Source: Bacteroidales bacterium
Lineage (GTDB): Bacteria; Bacteroidota; Bacteroidia; Bacteroidales; UBA3663
Assembly (NCBI GenBank): GCA_045629225.1
Contig: JAZQQU010000016.1
Span: 1,447-65,446 of the forward strand
Direction: 5' to 3'
DNA: 64,000 nucleotides
Positions 1-9,385 of the stretch are shown here, piece by piece. Each line of letters begins with the position of its first letter. Position 1 is the stretch's first letter. The position numbers and the translations under genes were made by a program. The notes beneath the pieces were generated by a model. It made no database searches, was not told where the DNA came from, and saw only the letters and a program-made list of their open reading frames with translations.

Positions 1-231
1 CAGCAGGCCGACCTGCGTCCGTCGGACATGAACCGCGTCTATTGTCAGGAGGATGCCATCAACGCCCTGCGCAGCCAGTTGCGCGAGCAGAACATCGCCA
101 GCGTGCAGGCGGGTCACTACACCTATCAGAGTGGCGTGCTCTACATGGATCTGATCAACTGCTGCGAGAAGCTGGGCGACTACATCATCAACGTCATCGA
201 GGCCCATTACAGCCAGTCAGCCGACGTCTGA
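1..231 (+). CDS. Na/Pi cotransporter family protein, C-terminal fragment (gene starts upstream of window)
   Basis: Frame 1 is open from base 1 to the stop at 229-231. The tail ...INCCEKLGDYIINVIEA resembles the PhoU-like ERIGDhaxNIaE helix found at the end of NptA/YjbB-type transporters. Confidence 0.55.
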   Translation, partial: QQADLRPSDMNRVYCQEDAINALRSQLREQNIASVQAGHYTYQSGVLYMDLINCCEKLGDYIINVIEAHYSQSADV

Positions 232-317
232 GCCGGCCTGAAATGCTCGCTCAAGGTGTCTGAACCGATGTCCGGACGCCTGTTTTGACTGTTTTTTTTA
301 CTTTTTCGGCCATAAAA

Positions 318-349
318 TTTGGAAATCTCGTTTTTTTGGCCTATCTTTG
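318..349 (+). promoter_or_regulatory. Bacteroidetes sigma-A type promoter for tRNA-Gln
   Basis: TTTG at 318-321 and TATCTTTG at 342-349 (TAnnTTTG -7 consensus), 20 nt apart, about 40 nt upstream of the tRNA. Confidence 0.6.
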
Positions 350-389
350 CCGCCGATTGAATGGAGGTTACACTACTTTCCTTCGTTTT

Positions 390-460
390 TGCCCCATGGT
401 GTAATGGTAGCACACCAGATTTTGGTTCTGTTTGACTGAGTTCGAGTCTCGGTGGGGCAA
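390..460 (+). tRNA. tRNA-Gln (anticodon UUG)
   Basis: Hand-folded cloverleaf: acceptor TGCCCCA/TGGGGCA with the U1-A72 pair typical of tRNA-Gln, D arm GTGT/GCAC, anticodon loop TTTTGGT (UUG), T arm CTGAG-TTCGAGT-CTCGG, discriminator A. CCA is not encoded. Confidence 0.9.
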
Positions 461-466
461 CAGACA

Positions 467-508
467 TTCACCCTCGTTACAGATATTTGTAGCGAGGGTG
501 AACTTTTT
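467..508 (+). terminator. Rho-independent terminator after tRNA-Gln
   Basis: TTCACCCTCG (467-476) pairs with CGAGGGTGAA (493-502) and is followed by CTTTTT. Confidence 0.6.
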
Positions 509-589
509 GCCCCAATATCCAGATGGTCAACAACGACAGCGGCAAGCAGTTCTCTATGATCATTCCTCGTAATAGTGGGTCGACAGAAA

Positions 590-825
590 CGCACGAAAGT
601 TCGCCAGCGCTTCTGACAGGAAATCTTGCACGCACGAAAGCTTGCCAGAGTTTCTGGCGAGAAATCTTGCACGCACGAAAGCTTGCCAGAGTTTCTGACA
701 AGAAATCTTGCACGCACGAAGGCTTGCCAGAGTTTCTGGCGAGAAATCTTGCACGCACGAAAGCTTGCCAGAGTTTCTGGCAAGAAATCTTGTATGCACG
801 AAAGCTTGCCAGCGCTGTGGGCAGG
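590..825. repeat. 41-bp tandem repeat, about 5.5 copies, each unit containing a small hairpin
   Basis: The unit GAAATCTTGCACGCACGAAAGCTTGCCAGAGTTTCTGGCGA starts at 620, 661, 702, 743 and 784, with degenerate edges. It has an internal GCCAGA-gtt-TCTGGC stem-loop. Confidence 0.9.
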
Positions 826-866
826 CTTTTGTGTGTCCACAATTCATCTTTGACCGTCACAGCGTC

Positions 867-918
867 CTTGATACGACACCTGATAGTACACCTGATACGA
901 CACCTGATAGTGCACCTG
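867..918. repeat. 12-bp tandem repeat x4
   Basis: CTTGATACGACA CCTGATAGTACA CCTGATACGACA CCTGATAGTGCA CCTG. Confidence 0.85.
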
Positions 919-950
919 TTCCGTTCTCCAACGCGCGTGCGTAATATATT

Positions 951-1017
951 AGATAAAGAATAAGAATAGAGAAAGAAAAAGAGATAAAGAAAAGAAAATA
1001 GAAAGAAAAAGTGAGTG
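951..1017. repeat. C-free purine-rich low-complexity tract
   Basis: 67 bp made of A, G and occasional T with no C (agataaagaataagaatagagaaagaaaaagag...). Confidence 0.8.
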
Positions 1018-1131
1018 AATATATGCGAGCGATGGGGCAAAAACGCTCTATTTTTGCCGAAAATCAGGTCAAACGACCGTTTTTTACTTGCAAAACATTC
1101 AAATTTCGGGCTTTTTTTAAGAATCGAAGGT

Positions 1132-1168
1132 TTTGCAAGCTATTATTAGAATTTTTTTTGTATCTTTG
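1132..1168 (+). promoter_or_regulatory. Candidate promoter of the surface-protein operon
   Basis: TATCTTTG at 1161-1168. The nearest upstream TTTG (1132-1135) is 25 nt away, which is longer than ideal. Confidence 0.4.
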
Positions 1169-1253
1169 CACGCATTATTTTGAAGTCCTGATAAGGATAA
1201 ATAATCACGCTCGAAAAAAAAGTATAATAAATAACACTAAAAACAATTACTAT

Positions 1254-1385
1254 TATGACAACAAAGAAAAACTATGTCAAGCCATCTCTCGAGGTAGAGA
1301 TGTTCCAGAAAAGTGACTTGATAGCCACAAGTGGAGTAACGCTCGGCCTAAGTCCGGTGCCAGAAGAAGAAGGTTTTGGCGACTA
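1254..1385 (+). CDS. Micro-ORF A, 43 aa, acidic tail (MTTKKNYVKPSLEVEMFQKSDLIATSGVTLGLSPVPEEEGFGD)
   Basis: An ATG...TAA ORF below the track cutoff. It sits between the candidate promoter and the first large gene and is paralogous to micro-ORF B at 10891. Confidence 0.45.
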
Positions 1386-1423
1386 AGTCCGTGCAAGTAT
1401 TATCAAAGAACAAATAAATCAAG

Positions 1424-4400
1424 ATGAAAAAGATTCTATTTACTCTTTTCCTGCTGCTGACCACGATGGCAGCATGGGCAGAAGGAACTGGCGACGGGAC
1501 CAAGGAACATCCGTATTCTGGCGAATGGAAGGATACAGAAGTGATGAGTAGCCTGTTCGAAATTGGTGAACATTATCTGGCCTACGATTTTACGTTAGTA
1601 GGCGAAGGTAGTGTTACCACCAGTGTTATTGATGACAAACTCGATACCCAGGTTGCTACAGACTTGAGCGTCTGGCATGTGGGAGATGATCTGATAGGCG
1701 ACAATCCTAACGAAGCTTATATCCAATACTGCTCTTTCAATCCAGACAGAAAGAACCATATTTTCATCGTGACAGATGCCACTGCTCATGGAAATATAAT
1801 CATAACTGGTCATTTCAGCGGAACTTACCCACAATATGATGGGTACATCCCTGTTACAACCGCTGCTGAACTCCAGTCGGTAATCCGTAATGACATCGCC
1901 GCCAAGGTGCTTCTATGCGCAGACATCGACGTCAGCGGTATCGGCAAAATCCGCGATAACTTCAAGGGTACCATCTCAGGTATATACAGCAAGGTAGATC
2001 CTGAAACCAACAAAACGGTAACTGCCTATCACATTTTGAAAGGCAGAAATACCAAGGAGCATGACGGCGATAGACTTCAGCTCCATCTGTTCGACAATGT
2101 AGATGGTGCAACATTCGAGAACATCGTTTTCTCTAACTTCATGGTTCACGCCGATGATGATAATCTGGGCATTATTGCCCAAACAGCCAAAAACAGCAAG
2201 TTCAAGAACCTCATATTCAACTCATGCTCGATGTTTAACAATGATGACTATGTAGGCGTTGTTGCAGGCACTGCCTCGAACTGTAGCTTCGAAATTGTGA
2301 TGATGCAGGGGTGCGACGTCACCACAGATGGGGAGTATGCTGGCGCTATTGTCGGAAAATCAGATCACTGCCAGTTCAATAGAGTTATGTGTGGTACTGG
2401 TGTCTATGTCTTTGCCGACGGTAACGTAAGCAATGCTTGGAGTGGAGGCATCACCGGCTATTCTGAAAACGACAATTTCACTCACTGCATACACATGGGC
2501 TTAGTGGGTGCCAACAGTGACTATGTTGGTGGTATGGCTGGTAGTAGTAAAGACTCCAACTTCCTGTCTTGTAGCAACGCCGCAATGGTAGCCCACTGCC
2601 AAGGTGAAAAGTTTAGTGAAATACAAGAGCAGCGAGAAGAGGAGTTGAAGAAACTGGATGAGACCACATTAAAGACTATGTTTAGTAATATTTATGTGGG
2701 GGGTGCAACAACCATTGTTGGCACTGGAGTATTTGGTATTGTTTCGTATTTGACATATATAGCTGAAGCGGAAGAATTCCTTCAAGGATATTCGATGTGG
2801 GGAGGAATGGAAGGAGTAACGCTAGAATTTCTTGGAGGAGCGCCAGAGGCAAGTCCATTTATCGGATATATTCTACCTGCAATTATGCTCGGCTTAACCA
2901 TTTGGTATGTCTACTATGATGGCACAGGCGATTGCTATGCGGGTGGTATCGTAGGCCTTGCAGAAAATGGCACCATAGAACAATGTGCAAACTACGGTCT
3001 TGTCAATTCTATCAAATCATTTGTCGGAGGTATAGTCGGTGACGCAGTTGGTGTGGTGATTAACAACTGCCTGAATGGCGGCACCGTGCATCAGGATCGC
3101 GATAATCATTGGTTTGATGGTCCTTATAGAGTTGGTGGTATTGTTGGTCGAGGAAGAGAAAATACGAAAGTCACCAACTGCCTTACTGCCAATGGTTATC
3201 CTATCAGTGGCTCAAGAACTAAGTCTGATATTAGACTCGACCAGGCTTCGGGCAATAACTTTAGCATTGGCCGAACAGATCACGACTCAGAGCTTGACTT
3301 CCTTGAGTTGTCTGTAAGCCAGGAAATTGTCAAGAATGGCTTGGTGGCATTCTGGCTCAACAACGGCACTGAGAACGTAGAGAAGGGAATCAGGCCTTGG
3401 CATCAGAACCTTTGGGCACGCCAGATTGATGGTCAGGAAGTCAAGCGCGACGATTTCCCAATCTTAGATGCTGCACATGATGAAGTCACTGCTGACCTCT
3501 TCTACGACGATCACAATCGCGACTCTGAACACTTCTATTATATTAATGACGCGAACGGACTGCAGGCATTTGCAGATGCGGTCAACAAAGACAACAAGGA
3601 GTTCGCTATTGGCTTCCTCGAAAGCGACATCGACTTTGAAGGCAAGACTTGGAACCCTATCGGTATGTGCGCAGACCACAAGCGTTTCCGTGGCTTCTTC
3701 GATGGCCGTGGTCACACCATCAAGGGCATCGTCAGTGAAACTGACAGAGACGACACGGGATCAGGACTCTTCGGCACAGTCGATGCGCTTGCTTACATCT
3801 GCAACGTCACTGTCGATGCAACCTCTTATCTCACCAATGCTGGTATGGGAGGTGCTGCGGGCATTGTAGGTAACCTGCATTCAGGTTCGAAGTGGGGTAA
3901 CTTATTCATAGTGAACTGCGGAAGCAACGCCCATGTCATCGTAAATGAGCATGGAGGCGGCATTATCGGTCGCATCTGGGCACCTTCGGCAGGTGACGAA
4001 CATGTCAGGGTGTATATCAACAACTGCTACAGCACTGGCGACGTCACAGCTACTAATGGCAACAGCGGTCTCCTTTGTGGCTATGCTCAGAACTACGCCC
4101 ACGTCAGCGACTGCTGGAGTTCTGGTAATCTGCTGTCAAAAACAGATGGAAAGAAACCTTACGACGATAGCCACGGTGAGTACTTCGTGGGTTATCATGA
4201 GAAAGTCAACATCAAGGACTGCTATACCCTCGACCCAACAATACACGTACAGAATGCAAGCTCTGATCTGAAGCAGAATGGTGTAGAAGTCTTCGATGCC
4301 GGTTATCTGAACAATGGCCTGTTCACCCTTATGCTCAATGGCAACACCAACGATGTGACCCAGTCACTCAGCTGGCAGCAGAACCTTGGCACGGATGCCT

Positions 4401-5038
4401 CTCCAGTCCCTGGCCCGAAGGGTGTTTATCACGCTCGTGAAATCAGTAACCAGTACGGTACCGTATGTCTGCCATACGCGTTGAAGTCTGACGATACTAT
4501 CAGCTACTATACTTTCCAGGAGTCAACAGATGACAATGGAGAGGTTAAACTCCACTTTGATTATGTCGAAACTGTGGCTCCATTCACTCCTGTCTTGTTC
4601 AAGGCAGCTGAAACGGGTGAAATTACCATCTGCGACACTAATAATGGTTGGGCAGACAGCCCAGTTCCTCCAACTCCTGGTGATTGGATGCTCATTGGAT
4701 TGGACGAAGAGAAGGTTTACACAGGTGAGACTGCCAAAATAGTCTATTACGTTTCTGACGGTCAAATCAAGAACGCCCAGAAGGTCACCATCAAGCCTTA
4801 CCGTGCCCACTTTATGGGTCCAAACTTCGACGATCTCACTAACAACGGAACCAGCAGTGCCCGCATCAGCATCGTGCTTGACGGTGAGGAGGACGAGACC
4901 ACGGCTCTGGAGTTCGTAGGCAATGATCTCCACCCAGCACAGAACGCCAAGAGCTACACCCTCTTCGGCACCGAGGCTGGCGAAGGCTACAGCGGCATCG
5001 TGATCCGTGGCGGCAAGAAGGTGGCTGTGAACATGTAA
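1424..5038 (+). CDS. GLUG-repeat cell-surface protein, putative T9SS cargo
   Basis: Signal peptide MKKILFTLFLLLTTMAAWA. It carries many GGIVG/GGMAG...NC...G repeats typical of the GLUG motif, and F(D)G.GHTI head modules. The C-terminal tail ...YTLFGTEAGEGYSGIVIRGGKKVAVNM resembles Por-type sorting domains. Confidence 0.7.
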   Translation: MKKILFTLFLLLTTMAAWAEGTGDGTKEHPYSGEWKDTEVMSSLFEIGEHYLAYDFTLVGEGSVTTSVIDDKLDTQVATDLSVWHVGDDLIGDNPNEAYIQYCSFNPDRKNHIFIVTDATAHGNIIITGHFSGTYPQYDGYIPVTTAAELQSVIRNDIAAKVLLCADIDVSGIGKIRDNFKGTISGIYSKVDPETNKTVTAYHILKGRNTKEHDGDRLQLHLFDNVDGATFENIVFSNFMVHADDDNLGIIAQTAKNSKFKNLIFNSCSMFNNDDYVGVVAGTASNCSFEIVMMQGCDVTTDGEYAGAIVGKSDHCQFNRVMCGTGVYVFADGNVSNAWSGGITGYSENDNFTHCIHMGLVGANSDYVGGMAGSSKDSNFLSCSNAAMVAHCQGEKFSEIQEQREEELKKLDETTLKTMFSNIYVGGATTIVGTGVFGIVSYLTYIAEAEEFLQGYSMWGGMEGVTLEFLGGAPEASPFIGYILPAIMLGLTIWYVYYDGTGDCYAGGIVGLAENGTIEQCANYGLVNSIKSFVGGIVGDAVGVVINNCLNGGTVHQDRDNHWFDGPYRVGGIVGRGRENTKVTNCLTANGYPISGSRTKSDIRLDQASGNNFSIGRTDHDSELDFLELSVSQEIVKNGLVAFWLNNGTENVEKGIRPWHQNLWARQIDGQEVKRDDFPILDAAHDEVTADLFYDDHNRDSEHFYYINDANGLQAFADAVNKDNKEFAIGFLESDIDFEGKTWNPIGMCADHKRFRGFFDGRGHTIKGIVSETDRDDTGSGLFGTVDALAYICNVTVDATSYLTNAGMGGAAGIVGNLHSGSKWGNLFIVNCGSNAHVIVNEHGGGIIGRIWAPSAGDEHVRVYINNCYSTGDVTATNGNSGLLCGYAQNYAHVSDCWSSGNLLSKTDGKKPYDDSHGEYFVGYHEKVNIKDCYTLDPTIHVQNASSDLKQNGVEVFDAGYLNNGLFTLMLNGNTNDVTQSLSWQQNLGTDASPVPGPKGVYHAREISNQYGTVCLPYALKSDDTISYYTFQESTDDNGEVKLHFDYVETVAPFTPVLFKAAETGEITICDTNNGWADSPVPPTPGDWMLIGLDEEKVYTGETAKIVYYVSDGQIKNAQKVTIKPYRAHFMGPNFDDLTNNGTSSARISIVLDGEEDETTALEFVGNDLHPAQNAKSYTLFGTEAGEGYSGIVIRGGKKVAVNM

Positions 5039-5058
5039 CAGTTGACTAACAAAAATAA

Positions 5059-5095
5059 TTAATGTCCGATTAATGTCTCATTAGTCGGACATTAA
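5059..5095 (+). terminator. Intercistronic hairpin (attenuator or partial terminator)
   Basis: TTAATGTCCGA (5059-5069) pairs with TCGGACATTAA (5085-5095) around a 15-nt loop. There is no clear T-run. Confidence 0.4.
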
Positions 5096-5141
5096 TGGTA
5101 CAAGTAAACAACAACAATAAACAATCATTTTTGGGATAATA

Positions 5142-8100
5142 ATGAAACGAAACAAACTTTTGCAATCGTTGGTAATGACACTGCTGGGTTTTGCCACTAC
5201 GATGACAGCGCAGGTCAGACTGCTTCCGAACAGCGCAGGCTGTTATGAGATTGCTACGGACGAGGACTACGAGGAGTTCCGTCAGTTGGTAGCAACCGGT
5301 AATCCTTATGCCAACGCGGTGCTGACAGACAACATCACCGTGCATGATGCCATTGGCAAGGGCGACGTGCAGTTCCACTACCGTGGCACATTCGACGGTC
5401 AGGGCTATACCATCACCCTGGATAGCTTGACCAACGATGTCAATAATCAACCTTGGGGTTTGTTTCAATATACTGAGCCTGGATGTGTGATTAAGAACCT
5501 GAAGGTTACGGGTTATGCCGAAAACCAAAACAACAAGTCACTGGGCTCGATAGTAGGCAATGCCATGGGAACCAGAATTGAGAACTGCATCAGTTTTGCA
5601 AAGCTGAAAGCCACAGATGGCTACACTGGCGGTATCGTCGGTGCCGGCTACGGGGTTAACTTCATCGAGAACTGCGCTTTTGTGGGCAGTATTGATGCAC
5701 CAGAGTCTTATGGCATCATCGGATTTGTAAACAATAACGTAGAGATCAAGAGCTGCTATGTGGATGCAACATTCAGTGATCCTGACAATAGCAAGCAGTT
5801 CTTGAAAAAGAATGACGATGGGCAGATACTCCTGAACAACTATTACTGCAACCGTGCTGGGGCTGTGGATGCAGGTTATTCTGATGCAATTCCAGTTGAA
5901 GAGAGTAAAATACAAGAAGGACAATTATGCCTTGATCTCAATGTCAACGGTCGCAAGGGCCGTGTGTGGTATCAACATGGCGATTATCCCTATCCTTTCA
6001 AGGGTTCAGCCGTCAGCACAACATGCGACAATCACGATTTCATTGAGCATATTTGCCAGAATTGTGGCGAGATCGAGAGCGGAAAAACGGTCGATCCATT
6101 GCAAAAAAGTGGTGCTGACAACATGTATGAGGATAATGCAACCTACGTGAACAATCTTCGTTACACGCTTAATCCCGACAGTACAGCGATTGTAAGAGGT
6201 ACACATAAGGAGAATATGGATATTGATAACGTGACTGCTGTCCACATTCCTGATACCATTTGTTACAATAACCAGAAATACGCCGTAAAAACCATTGGAG
6301 ACAATGCTTTCAATAAAAGCGTAATGGAGTATTGTTATATCCCCGGCACGGTGAAAAAACTTGAAAACAATGCTTTCAATAGATGTGAGAAACTGACGTA
6401 TCTGCATATAGCCGACTCTCCGAGCAATTCAGCAGTCAGGTTCGGAACTTATGCTGCGGGTGCGCTGTTCAAAGACTGTCCGTTGAAGACCCTCTATATA
6501 GGCTGTAACGTAAGGTGGAATGCCGACGATCCAGCTCCTTTTGAAGGTAGGACGGATCTGAAGAGTGTGTTCTTTGGCCCGCTTGTTACACGTATTTCCA
6601 ATGTTGACGATGGCAATGACCCAAGAGCTGGTTCGTACGTTGAGCTTTTCGATGGTTGCACAATCAATAAACTGTACTTCCTGGGCACTGAGCAATCGTA
6701 TGAAGATGCTGATCTGAAATCCTATATGGAGGAGGGTTTGAACTGCGCTACCGACATTTACGTGAACCGCACCTTCTTGGTTGATAGCGACACTAAAGAT
6801 TACACGACCTATTATAAAGAAGGTATCTTCAGAAGTTGCGTCAACGTGGCATTTGGCCCATTCGTAAAATATATCGGAGAGGATTTGTTCGGTGGTGCTT
6901 ATTTTATTTCTCCTTTGCCTAATAGTCCTAACGAGACGCTTAAGACTGTCGATTTCACCAATGCTATCCGTCTTGAGCGTATTGACTACGAGGCATTCAA
7001 ATTATGTACCAATGCTGTTTTCTTGGGATTGGAGGGTCAATATCCTTTGAAGAGCATTGGCGAGGATGCATTCTACGAATGCGACAAACTCGAGTTTATC
7101 AATTTCGGTACTCAGTTGGTGTCTATTGGTAAGACCGCATTCAAAAAATGTGACGAGCTGATTTTCCTCTCGATTCCTGGCACCGTGACCACTATCGGTA
7201 GTGCTGCCTTCGACGATTGCCCTAAACTGCAGGGTGTGTCAATCGAATCGAGCTCCCAAGCCCTTGACTGGGAACAGCTGAAAGGTCGCTTTGATGGTGA
7301 TACAAAGAACATTGCTACTCTGTACTTAGGCCGTAATATATCAAATGTTCCTGAGACCCTTCCTGCAGGTACCGATAGTCCGTTCGATGCCAGCGACGGT
7401 TCTCTCACCAGCCTTACTGTCGGTCCGGAAGTGACTAATCTGCATCGTAGCCTGTTCTATAGCATGAATGCCATCAGTTCGGTCGTCTTCGAACATTCTG
7501 ATATGGCCCTCAGGTTTGAGAAAACTCCTGAATACACCTTTGATATCGGAAAATCAGGTATGGTGATAGATAACAATCCGATTTCATCATTGTTTATTGA
7601 CCGTGATTTACTTAATGGTGATAACCAGAGATCAAAGGGCGATGATTGGGGAATGGCGAAAGAACTCGTCCGAGACATTACTTTCGGCGAGCATGTCAAG
7701 CAGATTTTCGAGAGCCAGTTTGAAGGGTTCGAAGGTCTGCAGACGCTGCTTATCTCTCCTACCATCGATTATATCAGCGAAAAAGCATTCTGGGGTGCCC
7801 TCAGCCTCGAGCAAGTGACTTTCCTCGGACATGCGGACATCAGGGAAGAGGCATTTGCCAATTGTTTCAATTTGAAAACCATCGTTTTTAGTGATGACAA
7901 ATTTTACCTCTCATCAGGTGCATTCATGAACTGTTATGATATTGAGGAAATCATCATCAACTCGGAAGGTAATGCTTGGGAAGGCCCCTGGGATGCTTTT
8001 TGCGAAAATGCTTACTCCAGAACCAAACTGTACTCTACATACGATACAAGCGTAGAGAAAGTAGAATTCTCGAATATGCCATGGAACCTGTTCCAGAATC

Positions 8101-9353
8101 GTCCTTTCAAGCCGACTAATGATTATGTTGCCAATGTAAGCGAGCTTTCGGGCATCTACGAGCATGCCATGATGCCTCGCGAGGTGGAGGAAGGCCAGTT
8201 CGATTTGTTCTACATTCCTTTCCAGTGGGATTCATATTACTTCGGCTCCGACGCTGAAATCTTTGCACTGCAGACCGATAAGGACGACCCTGAAGATGAA
8301 CGATATGAAGAGATATTCGAGAACATCGATGAACAAAAAGCCTTAGGCTCATACAATGCTGCTCTGGATCCGGTTGACATACAGTCTGTCTGGAGGCTGC
8401 CTGCCGGCATCTATGCTGTCAGGACCAATTATCCGGCATCTGAGATTCATGCCACCAGAAATCAGTTCTTTGAATCGGAAATCGAGGTTAACAATGCCCT
8501 GCATTCCATCAGGACCTCAGATATTGAAGCAGCAGGCACACAGCTTATGGTCGGCGGCAATGACAGCAACGTTGAGCCTGATGACGATAGAGCTAACTAT
8601 GTATTTGAGGATGGCGTAATCAAGATGGTCAATGGGACTCACGCTGTCAAAACGGGTGATGTCGTTCTCAGTGGTTCATTCATTGCAGATCTTCAGGTTT
8701 ACAATGTAAAGCTCGGAAGCAATTATACCTATTCTTCAAAACTGACAGTGCCTTTCCACGAACTGCTTGAGGGCTATGCTACCTTCTACAACGAGACGTA
8801 CAATGTGCTGGCTCCTGCATGGTGTACTGTCTATGTCATCACAGGCGAGCAAGACGGTCTGGTTCAGATGGTCGAAGTCGAAGACCGCGTGATTACTGCG
8901 GGTCAGGCAGTCGTGATCAAGACGGACTATCCGGCTGCCATCGGAGCTGTTGACTTCGTGACTTACGTGACTGATGGCAGTAGCGCTAAGGAACTTTACG
9001 AGCAGAACCTCCTCCATGGTGTAAGCCAGGACACCCAGGTAGCTGACATCTCTAATGGCGAAGGCTATGTGTACGTGCTTAGCTGCAACCAGCAGAAACA
9101 GAACACCGGTTTCTACAAGTTCAGTGATACCAAGACTCTCGGTGCTGGCAAGGCATACCTCCTGCCTTCGGACTTCAGTTCGGCAGCCAGGGCTTGTCTC
9201 TTTGCGTTCAATGAAGTTGCAAATGGCATCAGCGATGTTACCATTACTGACAACAACGGCGATGCTTACGACCTCACCGGCAAGCGCATCGATGCGAACC
9301 AGACAGACGCCAAGGGCATCTTCATCGTTGACAACAAGAAGGTAATCAAGTAA
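5142..9353 (+). CDS. GLUG + BspA-type leucine-rich-repeat cell-surface protein, putative T9SS cargo
   Basis: Signal peptide. The N-terminal region has the FDGQGYTI head and GGIVG..NC repeats. The central region has LRR_5/BspA-like repeats (IP.TV..IG..AF..C..L). The C-terminal tail is AYDLTGKRIDANQTDAKGIFIVDNKKVIK. Confidence 0.75.
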   Translation: MKRNKLLQSLVMTLLGFATTMTAQVRLLPNSAGCYEIATDEDYEEFRQLVATGNPYANAVLTDNITVHDAIGKGDVQFHYRGTFDGQGYTITLDSLTNDVNNQPWGLFQYTEPGCVIKNLKVTGYAENQNNKSLGSIVGNAMGTRIENCISFAKLKATDGYTGGIVGAGYGVNFIENCAFVGSIDAPESYGIIGFVNNNVEIKSCYVDATFSDPDNSKQFLKKNDDGQILLNNYYCNRAGAVDAGYSDAIPVEESKIQEGQLCLDLNVNGRKGRVWYQHGDYPYPFKGSAVSTTCDNHDFIEHICQNCGEIESGKTVDPLQKSGADNMYEDNATYVNNLRYTLNPDSTAIVRGTHKENMDIDNVTAVHIPDTICYNNQKYAVKTIGDNAFNKSVMEYCYIPGTVKKLENNAFNRCEKLTYLHIADSPSNSAVRFGTYAAGALFKDCPLKTLYIGCNVRWNADDPAPFEGRTDLKSVFFGPLVTRISNVDDGNDPRAGSYVELFDGCTINKLYFLGTEQSYEDADLKSYMEEGLNCATDIYVNRTFLVDSDTKDYTTYYKEGIFRSCVNVAFGPFVKYIGEDLFGGAYFISPLPNSPNETLKTVDFTNAIRLERIDYEAFKLCTNAVFLGLEGQYPLKSIGEDAFYECDKLEFINFGTQLVSIGKTAFKKCDELIFLSIPGTVTTIGSAAFDDCPKLQGVSIESSSQALDWEQLKGRFDGDTKNIATLYLGRNISNVPETLPAGTDSPFDASDGSLTSLTVGPEVTNLHRSLFYSMNAISSVVFEHSDMALRFEKTPEYTFDIGKSGMVIDNNPISSLFIDRDLLNGDNQRSKGDDWGMAKELVRDITFGEHVKQIFESQFEGFEGLQTLLISPTIDYISEKAFWGALSLEQVTFLGHADIREEAFANCFNLKTIVFSDDKFYLSSGAFMNCYDIEEIIINSEGNAWEGPWDAFCENAYSRTKLYSTYDTSVEKVEFSNMPWNLFQNRPFKPTNDYVANVSELSGIYEHAMMPREVEEGQFDLFYIPFQWDSYYFGSDAEIFALQTDKDDPEDERYEEIFENIDEQKALGSYNAALDPVDIQSVWRLPAGIYAVRTNYPASEIHATRNQFFESEIEVNNALHSIRTSDIEAAGTQLMVGGNDSNVEPDDDRANYVFEDGVIKMVNGTHAVKTGDVVLSGSFIADLQVYNVKLGSNYTYSSKLTVPFHELLEGYATFYNETYNVLAPAWCTVYVITGEQDGLVQMVEVEDRVITAGQAVVIKTDYPAAIGAVDFVTYVTDGSSAKELYEQNLLHGVSQDTQVADISNGEGYVYVLSCNQQKQNTGFYKFSDTKTLGAGKAYLLPSDFSSAARACLFAFNEVANGISDVTITDNNGDAYDLTGKRIDANQTDAKGIFIVDNKKVIK

Positions 9354-9385
9354 ACAACACCACCAGAATAAATAATCGTAACAAA

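Noticed and set aside
373-1040. Overlapping ORFs of 75-187 aa on both strands across the tRNA and repeat region. The same pattern occurs at 36669-37323.
   Set aside because: The reading frames are created by the 41/42-bp tandem repeats and overlap a tRNA. The products are periodic and low-complexity, with no start context.
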